Positions 38,323-46,815 of a stretch of DNA of 64,000 nt are shown piece by piece. The position numbers and the translations under genes are program-made. Position 1 is the first letter of the stretch. Each line of letters starts with the position of its first letter. Origin of the DNA: Candidatus Omnitrophota bacterium (lineage in GTDB: Bacteria; Omnitrophota; Gorgyraeia; JABMRG01; JAFGKX01). The notes under the pieces were generated by a model. The model worked only from the letters and a program-made list of their open reading frames with translations. It did no database searches and had not been told where the DNA came from. Location of the stretch: NCBI GenBank assembly GCA_043797125.1, contig JAZDPX010000045.1, positions 72,338 to 136,337 on the forward strand, given 5' to 3'.

Positions 38323-39162
38323 ATGGAAAAACGAAAAGCTTTAGGCAGAGGACTGCAAGCCCTAATTCCGGAAGCTGACACGAGACAGGAAGAAGCAATT
38401 TTATATCTTAACACAGCAGAGATATTGCCAAACAGATACCAGCCAAGGACAGATTTTAATCAGGAAAAACTGAACGAGTTAATGACATCCATAAAAGAAA
38501 AAGGCGTTGTGCAGCCGCTGCTTATAAGGCGCACAAGCGCGGGGTACGAGCTTATAGCGGGCGAAAGAAGGCTGCGCGCGCTGAAGGCCTTAGGCATAGA
38601 AAGGGCGCCGGCAATCTTGAAAGACGTCGACGATGTCGGAGCCATAGAGCTGGCGCTGATAGAAAACATACAAAGAGAAGGCTTAAACGCGGTCGAAGAA
38701 GCGCACGCCTATAAACAGCTAATAGACGAATTTCGTTTCACGCACGAAAGGCTAGCGCAGACAATAGGCAAGGACCGCACCACAATAACAAACACCCTGC
38801 GCCTTTTAAATTTGCCAACGCAGATACAGAGATATATTGCGGAAGGAAAAATAACCGCGGGCCACGCGCGGGCGATTTTAGCTGTCGGAGGACTGCAGCA
38901 ACAGCTTAACTTATGCGAGAAGATAATTAAGGGCGACCTGTCTGTGCGGGAAGCAGAATCATTAACAGGTCAAAAGCTAAAAAGACGGCCGGCGCAAGGC
39001 ACAACCAGAGATCCCCACACAATAGAGCAGGAAGAGATGCTGCAAAACGCCCTGGCAACAAAAGTAAGAATTCTGCAAGGCCCAAAAAGAGGCAGAATTA
39101 TAATAGAATATTATTCTACGGACGATCTGGAAAGAATAATCGGCAAAATAAAGAAAGCCTAA
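38323..39162 (+). CDS. parB: Chromosome partitioning protein ParB/Spo0J
   Basis: ALGRGL, PNRYQPR, LIAGERRLRA, ALIENIQRE, GHARAIL. Confidence 0.97.
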   Translation: MEKRKALGRGLQALIPEADTRQEEAILYLNTAEILPNRYQPRTDFNQEKLNELMTSIKEKGVVQPLLIRRTSAGYELIAGERRLRALKALGIERAPAILKDVDDVGAIELALIENIQREGLNAVEEAHAYKQLIDEFRFTHERLAQTIGKDRTTITNTLRLLNLPTQIQRYIAEGKITAGHARAILAVGGLQQQLNLCEKIIKGDLSVREAESLTGQKLKRRPAQGTTRDPHTIEQEEMLQNALATKVRILQGPKRGRIIIEYYSTDDLERIIGKIKKA

Positions 39163-39309
39163 CGCCGAAGATTAAAGGGGTTGACTTTTTTTCTTTATTT
39201 TATATAATAGTAACACTAGCACAGGGGACACCCTGCGGCACAAAAAATTTCTTGCACAAAAACAGCAGATTTTTTGTGCTGCAGAGTGTCCCCATCTGGG
39301 AGTTTTAAC

Positions 39310-39810
39310 ATGAACGAACCGACATTAATTTTAATAAAACCGGACGGCCTGGTAAAGTCCCTCACAGGTAATATATTGACCCGCCTATCAGAAACAAAGC
39401 TGGAGATAGTCGCAGCAAAAATTACCAGCGTTACGGATGAGCTTGCCCGCGAGCACTATAAGCACATGCAGGATAAGCCCTTTTTCGGCGAGCTTATTCA
39501 ATATCTTAAAGGAGAACTGCACAACAGGCGCAAGGTGTTGGCAATGGTGTATTACGGCGAGGGAGCGCTTGAAAAAGTGCGCGCCATAGCAGGGGCGACA
39601 AACCCCGAAGAGGCAGACTCGGTAAGCATAAGAGGCCAGTACGGCAGGATAACCACTAAAGGCATTTATGAAAACGTGATTCACGCCTCAAGCAATGCCC
39701 ATGAAGCGGAACGGGAGATCAAGCTTTGGTTTAACCCCCACGAGATAATAGTAGACCTTTATGCCACAAAAGTAACCTCGCGGGAAACCAAGGAAAGGGT
39801 GTGGAAATAA
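39310..39810 (+). CDS. ndk: Nucleoside-diphosphate kinase
   Basis: TLILIKPDG, HY, GATNP, IRG, NVIHAS; ATG 39310 preferred; promoter TTGACT(39181)..TATAAT(39203). Confidence 0.93.
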   Translation: MNEPTLILIKPDGLVKSLTGNILTRLSETKLEIVAAKITSVTDELAREHYKHMQDKPFFGELIQYLKGELHNRRKVLAMVYYGEGALEKVRAIAGATNPEEADSVSIRGQYGRITTKGIYENVIHASSNAHEAEREIKLWFNPHEIIVDLYATKVTSRETKERVWK

Positions 39811-40691
39811 TGCTGCGAAGCATGACCGGGTTTGGAAAAAGCGAAGCGGAAAACTCAAAAGCCAGAATCTACATAGAGATAAAAGCGGTAAACCACAAAT
39901 ATTTTGACTTAATGAACAAGCTCCCGCTTGGGTTTCTTTCTTTTGAGGACGGCATTAAAACAGCCCTGCAAAAGCACATAAGCCGCGGCAGGATAAACCT
40001 GTTTCTGGACTACGAAGACTTAAGCGGTAAAAACTCAAGCGCCCAAATAAACATGAAAACCGCCCGCAGGTATACGAAACTCTTAAAGGGCGTAAAAACC
40101 TCTCTTGGCCTCTCGGATGAGGTTACGCTGCAGCAGCTTATGTCGATGCCCGGGGTGCTGACTTATGGTTCCGGGAAACCGGACGCAAAACAGCTGTGGC
40201 CCCTTATAAAAAAAGTGCTGGATGATGCGGTAAAACAGCTTTTGGCGTCTAAGGAAGAGGAGGGCAAGGCGCTAAGAAAGCAGTTGGCCGGCATTTGTGA
40301 AAAAATTGAGGGCTCGCTTAAGATAATAAAACACCATTCCGCCGGGAGAAAAAAGGAACATAAAAAGAAACTGACAGCCATGATAAAAGGCGCTACAAAA
40401 TCTGACAGGATAATTAACAGGCAGAAGCTGGAAGAAGAGGTGGCTATTTTTGCCAGGAACTCCGACATTGCCGAAGAGACATGCAGGATAGACGCGCACA
40501 CAAAGGCCTTTAAAAGAGTGTTGTTTAATCATAAAGAAGTAGGCAGGCGGCTGGATTTTATCGCGCAGGAGATTTCCCGCGAAGCGAACACGATAGGCGC
40601 AAAGGCCAACAACGTTCAAATAGCAGGGGAAGTTATAAAAATAAAAAGCCACATAGAGAAGATAAGAGAACAGACGCAGAATGTCGAATAG
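39810..40691 (+). CDS. yicC: YicC/YloC family endoribonuclease
   Basis: MLRSMTGFG, VNHKY, DIAEE..R, GRRLDFIAQE..REANTIGAK, IEKIREQ.QNVE. Confidence 0.95.
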   Translation: MLRSMTGFGKSEAENSKARIYIEIKAVNHKYFDLMNKLPLGFLSFEDGIKTALQKHISRGRINLFLDYEDLSGKNSSAQINMKTARRYTKLLKGVKTSLGLSDEVTLQQLMSMPGVLTYGSGKPDAKQLWPLIKKVLDDAVKQLLASKEEEGKALRKQLAGICEKIEGSLKIIKHHSAGRKKEHKKKLTAMIKGATKSDRIINRQKLEEEVAIFARNSDIAEETCRIDAHTKAFKRVLFNHKEVGRRLDFIAQEISREANTIGAKANNVQIAGEVIKIKSHIEKIREQTQNVE

Positions 40692-41286
40692 CAAAAAAAG
40701 AGGAAGGGTTTTTGTAATATCGGCCCCCTCAGGTTGCGGCAAGACAACTCTTTGCAACAGGCTGCGCAAAAGCGTACGACAGCTTTTACGTTCCGTGTCT
40801 TACACTACGCGCCCCCCAAGAAAAGGCGAACAAAGCGGCGTTGACTATAACTTTGTTTCCGCCAAACAGTTTAAAACGCTGTTAAAAGGGGGCAAATTTG
40901 TTGAGAGCGCCAGAGTCTTCGGCAGGCTTTACGGCACACCAGTCGGTCAGATTAAACAGGCGATAGCAGGACAAAAAGATATTTTGCTAAGCATAGACGT
41001 AAAAGGCGCGATGCAGATAAAAAGGCTTTTTGGTGAAAGAAGCGCGCTCATTTTTATATTGCCGCCGTCGGTGTCCGCGTTAAAAACGAGGCTTATGAAA
41101 AGGCACGCGGACTCAAAAAATGAGATCGAAAAAAGATTAAGAATAGCAAAAAAGGAAATGTCATATTTAAATAAATATGATTATGCTGTTGTAAACAATA
41201 AATTAAGCGAAGCCGTTGCGCAGCTTAAGGCAATTATAACAACGGAAAGGTTAAAAACAGGTAAAGACCATGTCAATAGTTACTAA
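40681..41286 (+). CDS. gmk: Guanylate kinase
   Basis: SAPSGCGKTT, SVSYTTRPPR.GE..GVDYNF, YGTP. Confidence 0.97.
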   Translation: MSNSKKRGRVFVISAPSGCGKTTLCNRLRKSVRQLLRSVSYTTRPPRKGEQSGVDYNFVSAKQFKTLLKGGKFVESARVFGRLYGTPVGQIKQAIAGQKDILLSIDVKGAMQIKRLFGERSALIFILPPSVSALKTRLMKRHADSKNEIEKRLRIAKKEMSYLNKYDYAVVNNKLSEAVAQLKAIITTERLKTGKDHVNSY

Positions 41287-41470
41287 ACAGGATTTGCTGG
41301 AAAGAGTGCCTTGTGTTTTCAAGCTGGTTGTCCTCGCGTCGCGAAGAGCCTTTGATATAAATGCCGGCGCGCCGACATTTATACATGAACTAAACGCAAA
41401 GGCTACGCACATTGCGCTCGAAGAAATCAAGGCCGGCAAGATTACATACAAAGAGATAATAGGCAAATGA
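41270..41470 (+). CDS. rpoZ: RNA polymerase omega subunit
   Basis: FKLVVLASRRA...K.T.IALEEI..GKI; follows gmk. Confidence 0.9.
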   Translation: MSIVTKQDLLERVPCVFKLVVLASRRAFDINAGAPTFIHELNAKATHIALEEIKAGKITYKEIIGK

Positions 41471-42015
41471 AGACGCAAAAGACGATATTGCTCGGCGTAA
41501 CAGCCAGCATAGCGGCATACAAGGCGTGCGAGATAATTAACCGGTTAAAACAGGCCGGTTTTAATGTAATAGCGTGCGTTACAAAAGACGCGCTGCATTT
41601 TATCACCCCGCTCACGCTGCAGGCGCTTTCAGGCAACAGGGTCTTTTGCGACATGTTTGAGCAGGTTGCGGAATGCAACCCCGCGCATATAAGCCTGGCC
41701 AAAAGAGCGGACCTTGTTTTAATAGCCCCGGCCACAGCGGATTGCATATCTAAAATGGCGTCGGGCATTTGCGATGATATATTAACCTGCGCGGTGGTTT
41801 CTACCAAGGCCCCGGTTTTAATAGCGCCCGCGATGAATGAGAATATGTACAAAAACAAGATTATACAGGCTAATATCGAAAAACTAAAACAGGCAGGCTT
41901 TCAATTTGTCGGGCCAAAAAAGGGGAGGCTTGCCTGTGGCGAATGGGGCGTGGGCCACATTGCGGATGTTTCCGAGATAATCAAGGAAACAAAAAAGATA
42001 TGCGCATTCTCATAA
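41467..42015 (+). CDS. coaC: Phosphopantothenoylcysteine decarboxylase (CoaC half of a split coaBC)
   Basis: LLGVTASIAAYKA, HISLAK.AD, APATAD, APAMN, LACGE.G.G. Confidence 0.92.
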   Translation: MKTQKTILLGVTASIAAYKACEIINRLKQAGFNVIACVTKDALHFITPLTLQALSGNRVFCDMFEQVAECNPAHISLAKRADLVLIAPATADCISKMASGICDDILTCAVVSTKAPVLIAPAMNENMYKNKIIQANIEKLKQAGFQFVGPKKGRLACGEWGVGHIADVSEIIKETKKICAFS

Positions 42016-42746
42016 CAGCAGGCCCCACCAGGGAATTTATTGACCCAGTGAGATATATCTCAAATTTATCGACGGGCAACATGGGGTACGCGATAGCAAG
42101 GCGCGCTAAAAACAAAAAGCATAAAGTTACCCTTGTGTCAGGCCCGGTTGGCCTTAAGCCACCGGAAGGTATCAGGGTTATCGAATGCGTTAGCGCAAAC
42201 GATATGTTCAGGGCGGTAAAAAAGGAATTTAAAAAAACAGATTGTCTGGTTATGTCCGCCGCGGTCAGCGATTTCAGGCCAGAGATAAAGCATAAAGAAA
42301 AGATAAAAAAGCAGAAGCCCCCCAACGGCAGAAAATTGGCGTTGGTGCAGACCCCAGACATACTCGCGTGGGCGGGCAAAAACAAGGCCGACAAAACAAT
42401 AGTCGGTTTTTGCTTAGAGACAAGCTCTTTGACGCAAAACGCGAAAAGAAAACTAGAGGAAAAAAACGCGGATATAATAGTAGCGAACCAAATAGATAAA
42501 AATTTTTCCGCATTTGGTTTCGGCAAGACAAAGGTTTTGGTAATTGGAAAAGGCGGCAGCGTCGAGAAAATCGGCCCTAGCACGAAAGAAAAAATAGCAG
42601 AAATTCTGCTCGAGAGAATAGAAAAACTTTGGCATAACGGCCGTTTCGCGGAGGCAAAGGTCCCTCACCCCGAAGCGCCGGGGTCCGGGACAAATTTTCC
42701 GAAAAATAAAGCCGTAGAAAATTTGGCGGCGTACCCAAGAGGCTAA
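42000..42746 (+). CDS. coaB: Phosphopantothenate-cysteine ligase (CoaB half); C-terminus reads through repeats into tRNA-Cys
   Basis: MRILITAGPTREFIDPVRYISN.STG.MG, AAVSDFRP, VGFCLET, IVAN; ATG at 42000. Confidence 0.92.
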   Translation: MRILITAGPTREFIDPVRYISNLSTGNMGYAIARRAKNKKHKVTLVSGPVGLKPPEGIRVIECVSANDMFRAVKKEFKKTDCLVMSAAVSDFRPEIKHKEKIKKQKPPNGRKLALVQTPDILAWAGKNKADKTIVGFCLETSSLTQNAKRKLEEKNADIIVANQIDKNFSAFGFGKTKVLVIGKGGSVEKIGPSTKEKIAEILLERIEKLWHNGRFAEAKVPHPEAPGSGTNFPKNKAVENLAAYPRG

Positions 42747-42800
42747 GGGAAGAGTCTGCAAAACTCTGATGCAGCGGTTCGACTCCGCTCGCCGCCTCCA
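42725..42800 (+). tRNA. tRNA-Cys (GCA)
   Basis: GGCGGCG...AGAGT-CTGCAAA-ACTCT...GGTTCGACTCC...CGCCGCC-T-CCA. Confidence 0.97.
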
Positions 42801-42947
42801 GTTTTGCCCTAGCCAACATTAGGCAAAACTGCCCGAGGAGCCCCGAAGCACCGGGATGACGAGAGACAATGAGGAACACAAACATTAAGCCCCTCCGGCG
42901 CTCCCATAAAGTCGTGCCGTCGGGACAAAGTTTACTTCGTAAACTTT

Positions 42948-43024
42948 GGGCGGTTAGCTCAGTTGGTTAGAGTGCTTCCTTGACATGGAAGAGGTCACAG
43001 GTTCGAGCCCTGTACCGCCCACCA
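42948..43024 (+). tRNA. tRNA-Val (GAC)
   Basis: GGGCGGT-TAGCTCAG...CTTCC-TTGACAT-GGAAG...GGTTCGAGCCC...ACCGCCC-A-CCA. Confidence 0.97.
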
Positions 43025-43441
43025 GCTTGCACGAGCGTGGGTGCAGGCAAACTGTCCCGAGGAACGCCTGCCTGCCGGCAGGCAGGAAGCGACGAGGGAC
43101 ATTCATCAGTGGATATTAAACATTATTTCTACATAGCAAGATGCAACGATGGCTCTTTATATTCCGGCGCAACCAAAAACGTAGAAGCAAGAATTAATAG
43201 GCACAATCAAGGCAAGGGCGGTAAATACACTCGTGGCCGGAAACCCATAACGTTGGTTTACAAGGAAGAATTTAGCAGTTTGTTATTAGCGCGCAGGCGC
43301 GAAAGCGAAGTAAAGAGTTGGGGGCGTAAGAAGAAGGAAGAGCTTATTGAGGCGGCAGGTTTCCCTCGGCCTATGGCCTCGGGACTAATGTAGCCTATAT
43401 AGAAGCAAAAGCTCCATTAGCGAGCCCTGTACCGCCCACCA
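43025..43441 (+). mobile_element. Element of about 417 bp inserted at tRNA-Val, carrying only a GIY-YIG nuclease
   Basis: 21-bp direct repeat cgagccctgtaccgcccacca at 43004-43024 and 43421-43441; inverted GTCCCGAGG..GAGGGAC / TTCCCTCGG..CCTCGGGAC palindromes around the ORF. Confidence 0.75.
43109..43393 (+). CDS. GIY-YIG nuclease (UPF0213/YhbQ-like); probable GTG start
   Basis: YFYIARCNDGSLYSG.T....RI..HNQGKGGKYTR.R.P..LVY.E.......A..RE..VK...R..KE.LI. Confidence 0.9.
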   Translation: MDIKHYFYIARCNDGSLYSGATKNVEARINRHNQGKGGKYTRGRKPITLVYKEEFSSLLLARRRESEVKSWGRKKKEELIEAAGFPRPMASGLM

Positions 43442-43595
43442 TCCGCCTTCGTGTATTGGGCTAGGTTCGTAGTAGATAGCCTTCGGCGGATTTTAATCCG
43501 CCGCATGTTATCTGCTATGAACCGCAGAAGCAAAGTAGGCGGATGAGCCCGCCGTACGTTATCTACTACGAAGCTCAAAAGCCAGGAAGGCGGGC
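43441..43595. repeat. Three copies (one direct, two inverted and diverged) of the ~50-bp CCGCC...GGCGG element
   Basis: 43441-43492 matches 29373-29424 with 1 mismatch; 43495-43544 and 43546-43595 resemble its reverse complement (ccgccg...tatct(a/g)cta(c/t)gaa...aggcgg). Confidence 0.8.
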
Positions 43596-43619
43596 CAGAA
43601 AACAAAGCAGCTTTTTGCA

Positions 43620-43652
43620 GGGCGAGTGGTGAAATGGCAGACACGAAGGACT
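43620..43652 (+). pseudogene. 5' half of a tRNA-Leu-like gene, truncated in the anticodon loop
   Basis: GGGCGAG TG GTGAAATGGCAGACAC G AAGGA CT: acceptor 5' strand, Leu-type D-arm, anticodon-stem 5' strand; no matching 3' half (TCCTT...CTCGCCC) seen downstream. Confidence 0.75.
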
Positions 43653-43655
43653 ATT

Positions 43656-44381
43656 ATGAAACGCGCTAGCGGCGATGAAACAAAATATAGCTTGCTATTT
43701 AAGAACAAACACTTTTGGTATTTAGTAGGCTTGGTTACCGCAGATGGTAGTTTGAGTAAAGACAAAAGGCATATAGATATTACCTCTAAAGATAAAAAGT
43801 ATTTAGAAGACTTGAAAACGTGTTTTAATTTAGATAATCGTGTTGCTATGAAGAACAAAAATAAGAAAAACGTAGCATACCGCATCCAACTAGGCAGTAA
43901 GCTCCTGTGGAACTTTTTATATTGTATAGGCTTAATGCCAAGAAAGACACACGAACTGATGTCGGTTAATGTCCCGGCAACCAAATTTAGAGATTTTTTG
44001 CGAGGGTTTATTGATGGCGACGGCAATATCCAGAGCTGGATAAATAATAGAAACGGGCACAGGCAATGGTCCTTAAGAATGAAAATTCTATCAGGCGCTT
44101 TTGCCAAATGGCTTTGTAAAGCAACAGAATATTATGTAGGAGCCAAAGGCCGCTTGCATCTTGAGAGCAAAGAAAACAGGCAAGACATATATGTGTTGAA
44201 GTTTGGCAAGCTTTCTGCGAGGCACATACTTAAAAGATGTTATTATAAAGGCGCTTTCGCATATTACAGAAAACGTAGCCTTGCGCTGCAATGTTTATCT
44301 AGCGAAACAGGTTGGTCAACGCATAGCAGCGTTTTAACAAAAGCGCCGGGATGCTGGAATTGGCATACAGTGCAGACTTAA
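43656..44381 (+). CDS. Two-motif LAGLIDADG homing endonuclease
   Basis: YLVGLVTADGSL and DFLRGFIDGDGNI; AT-richer than neighbours; ATG 43656 preceded by AAGGA. Confidence 0.9.
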   Translation: MKRASGDETKYSLLFKNKHFWYLVGLVTADGSLSKDKRHIDITSKDKKYLEDLKTCFNLDNRVAMKNKNKKNVAYRIQLGSKLLWNFLYCIGLMPRKTHELMSVNVPATKFRDFLRGFIDGDGNIQSWINNRNGHRQWSLRMKILSGAFAKWLCKATEYYVGAKGRLHLESKENRQDIYVLKFGKLSARHILKRCYYKGAFAYYRKRSLALQCLSSETGWSTHSSVLTKAPGCWNWHTVQT

Positions 44382-44433
44382 AATCTGCTGGAGCTTAGTC
44401 TCCGTGTGGGTTCAAGTCCCACTCCCGGCACCA
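44345..44433 (+). tRNA. tRNA-Leu (TAA), intron-less
   Basis: GCCGGGA...GCAGA-CTTAAAA-TCTGC, long variable arm, GGTTCAAGTCC, TCCCGGC-A-CCA. Confidence 0.97.
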
Positions 44434-44530
44434 TGTACCACTTGCGTTTGCCTGTAGGTGGTACATGCCCCATACCGGAGCAAAAACGAAGTTTTTGCGA
44501 CTGGTATAGGGCAAACGCTCGGGTACATGG
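44431..44530. repeat. Nested palindromic repeats after tRNA-Leu
   Basis: ccatgtacc..ggtacatg; tgccccatacc-...-ggtatagggca; outer ccatgtacc/ggtacatgg. Confidence 0.7.
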
Positions 44531-44594
44531 CACGCCATTTAATTTTTGTTAGGGTTCGTGGCGCGGCCACGCAAGTTTTAGAGAAGGATATATT

Positions 44595-46307
44595 ATGGAT
44601 CTCGAAACATTAAGACATAGCACGTCGCACGTACTGGCGCAGGCGGTGAAACAACTTTGGCCGGGCACAAAACTTGGCATAGGCCCTGCTATTGAAAACG
44701 GTTTTTATTATGATTTTGATAAAAAAGAGCCGTTTGTCCCGGAAGATTTGGAAAAAATAGAAAACCAGATGCGCAAAGTAATAAAAGAAGACCACAAATT
44801 TATAAGAAAAGAATTAAGCAAGCAGGATGCCATAAAACTTTTCAAGGGCATGGGCGAGAATTATAAGGGCGAGCTTATAAACGAAATTCCCGACGGGACA
44901 GTCAGTATTTACACAAGCGGAGATTTTACAGACCTTTGCCGCGGCCCGCACATTGAGTCGACGGGCAAGGTGAAAGCATTCGCGCTTACGCATATAGCGG
45001 GCGCTTATTGGCGCGGCAGCGAAAAAAACCAGATGCTGCAAAGAATATACGGCGCTGCCTTTGAAACCGAAAAAGAATTAAAACAACACCTTAACCTTAT
45101 AGAAGAGGCAAAGAAAAGGGATCATAGAAAAATCGGCAAGGAGCTAGGCTTTTTTATCGTCGACGAAGAAGCCGGCGCAGGAATAATAATATATAAGCCA
45201 AAAGGCGCAATGCTGCGCGACATAATAGAGACATGGGAGAAGAAAGAGCATTTACAGCGCGGCTACGAATTGGCCGTAGGCCCGCATATTCTTAAATCCG
45301 ATATATGGGTGCGCTCCGGCCATTACGATTATTATAAAGAGCACATGTACATATTTAATATTGAAGGCGCGGAATATGCGGTAAAGCCCATGAACTGTCC
45401 CGCGCACATACTTATATATAAATCGGAAACCAGAAGTTACCGCGATCTGCCCGTTAGGCTTTTTGAGCTGGGCACGGTATACAGGCACGAAAAAAGCGGC
45501 GTTCTGCACGGGCTTTTGAGGGCAAGGGGCTTTACTCAGGACGATGCCCACATATTTTGTTTGCCGTCGCAGGTTACAGAAGAGATAAAGGCGGTCATCG
45601 ATTTTGTGCTGTGCGCACTAAAGATATTCGGGTTTAATGATTATCAGGTTGAATTAAGCACCATGCCCGAAAAACACATAGGCGAAGACGCCGACTGGAA
45701 GCGCGCTACAGAAGCGCTCGAGGTTTCATTAAAAGAAAAAAATATCAAATATGATATTAATGAAGGAGACGGCGCATTTTACGGGCCAAAGATAGATATA
45801 AAATTAAAAGACGCGCTTGGCCGCGCGTGGCAATGCGCGACCATACAATGCGACTTTGCGCTTCCGGAAAGATTTGACCTTGCATATATTGATAAAGACG
45901 GCAACCAGCAGCGCCCAATAATGCTGCACAGGGTTATTCTCGGCAGCATGGAGAGGTTTATCGGCGCATTAATCGAACACTATGCCGGGGCGCTTCCTGT
46001 GTGGCTTTCACCGGAACAGGTGCTGGTTATGCCGATAACAGACAAGCAGGCGCAATACGCCGGCGCTGTGAACGAACAACTAAAACAGAACAATATCCGA
46101 AGCAGCGTAGATTTGCGCAACCAGACCATAGGATATAAAATAAGAGACGCGCAAAAAAAGAAAATACCTTACATGTTAATTATAGGAGAAAAAGAAAAGC
46201 TGGATAAAACCGTTTCTGTAAGAAGCCGCACAAACCCGGACGAAGGAAAATTTACAGTAGAGGATTTTATTAAAAAAATACAAAAGGAGGTGAATTCCTA
46301 TAAATAG
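44595..46307 (+). CDS. thrS: Threonine-tRNA ligase (no N-terminal TGS domain)
   Basis: LRHSTSH, DLCRGPH, GAYWRG, RDHRKIG, KPMNCP, FYGPKID, MLHRVILGS.ERF. Confidence 0.98.
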   Translation: MDLETLRHSTSHVLAQAVKQLWPGTKLGIGPAIENGFYYDFDKKEPFVPEDLEKIENQMRKVIKEDHKFIRKELSKQDAIKLFKGMGENYKGELINEIPDGTVSIYTSGDFTDLCRGPHIESTGKVKAFALTHIAGAYWRGSEKNQMLQRIYGAAFETEKELKQHLNLIEEAKKRDHRKIGKELGFFIVDEEAGAGIIIYKPKGAMLRDIIETWEKKEHLQRGYELAVGPHILKSDIWVRSGHYDYYKEHMYIFNIEGAEYAVKPMNCPAHILIYKSETRSYRDLPVRLFELGTVYRHEKSGVLHGLLRARGFTQDDAHIFCLPSQVTEEIKAVIDFVLCALKIFGFNDYQVELSTMPEKHIGEDADWKRATEALEVSLKEKNIKYDINEGDGAFYGPKIDIKLKDALGRAWQCATIQCDFALPERFDLAYIDKDGNQQRPIMLHRVILGSMERFIGALIEHYAGALPVWLSPEQVLVMPITDKQAQYAGAVNEQLKQNNIRSSVDLRNQTIGYKIRDAQKKKIPYMLIIGEKEKLDKTVSVRSRTNPDEGKFTVEDFIKKIQKEVNSYK

Positions 46308-46815
46308 AGACGCTAGGAAGACAAGGGTAAACCAAATGATAAGGGTGCCGCAGATAAGAGTTATTGGCGCCGAAGGCGAACAGCTCGGCGTAATGCGCCC
46401 GGAAGAAGGACTAAGGCATGCGCAGGAGGCAGGCCTTGATTTGGTAGAAGTAGCGCCTTTAGCAAGCCCGCCTGTTTGCAGGATAATAGATTTCAGCAAA
46501 TACAAATACGACCAGGAGAAACAGGAAAAGGAGGCGCGCAAAAGGCAGCATGTAATAAAACTCAAAGAGATCAGGTTAAAGCCGGGCATAGAGGAGCACG
46601 ACTACAAGACCAAACTCGCTCATGCAAGAAAATTTTTAACAAAGGGCAACAAGGTAAAATGGTCGCTAATGTTCCGCGGCAGGGAGATGGCGCACACCGA
46701 GTTTGGACGCATTCTGCTTGATAGAATAATCCAGGACACAACCGATATAAGCGAAGTAGAAAGAGCTCCTCGTAAAGAGGGCCGGTTCATGTTCATGGTG
46801 TTGACGCCGAAATAA
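46300..46815 (+). CDS. infC: Translation initiation factor IF-3, probable non-canonical ATA start
   Basis: AAGGAGGT, 8 nt, in-frame ATA at 46300; RVNQMIR, LDLVEVAP, PPVCRIID, FRGRE. Confidence 0.95.
   Translation: MNRDARKTRVNQMIRVPQIRVIGAEGEQLGVMRPEEGLRHAQEAGLDLVEVAPLASPPVCRIIDFSKYKYDQEKQEKEARKRQHVIKLKEIRLKPGIEEHDYKTKLAHARKFLTKGNKVKWSLMFRGREMAHTEFGRILLDRIIQDTTDISEVERAPRKEGRFMFMVLTPK

Noticed and set aside
41990-42015. coaC/coaB split as a frameshift error
   Set aside because: coaB has its own Met at the usual domain start (MRILITAGPT) with an upstream AAGGA, and split coaB/coaC genes are known. A read check would settle it.
42980-43108. N-terminal extension of the GIY-YIG ORF given in the ORF track
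   Set aside because: Overlaps tRNA-Val and palindromic repeats; GTG 43109 fits the family length.
43441-43595. CRISPR array
   Set aside because: Only three units, in mixed orientation, with no unique spacers between identical repeats and no cas genes in the window.
43620-44433. Group I intron in tRNA-Leu
   Set aside because: The ORF fills the whole interval, and the downstream tRNA is complete with stems that do not pair with the upstream 5' half; splicing would give a mismatched tRNA. An Infernal check is still advisable.
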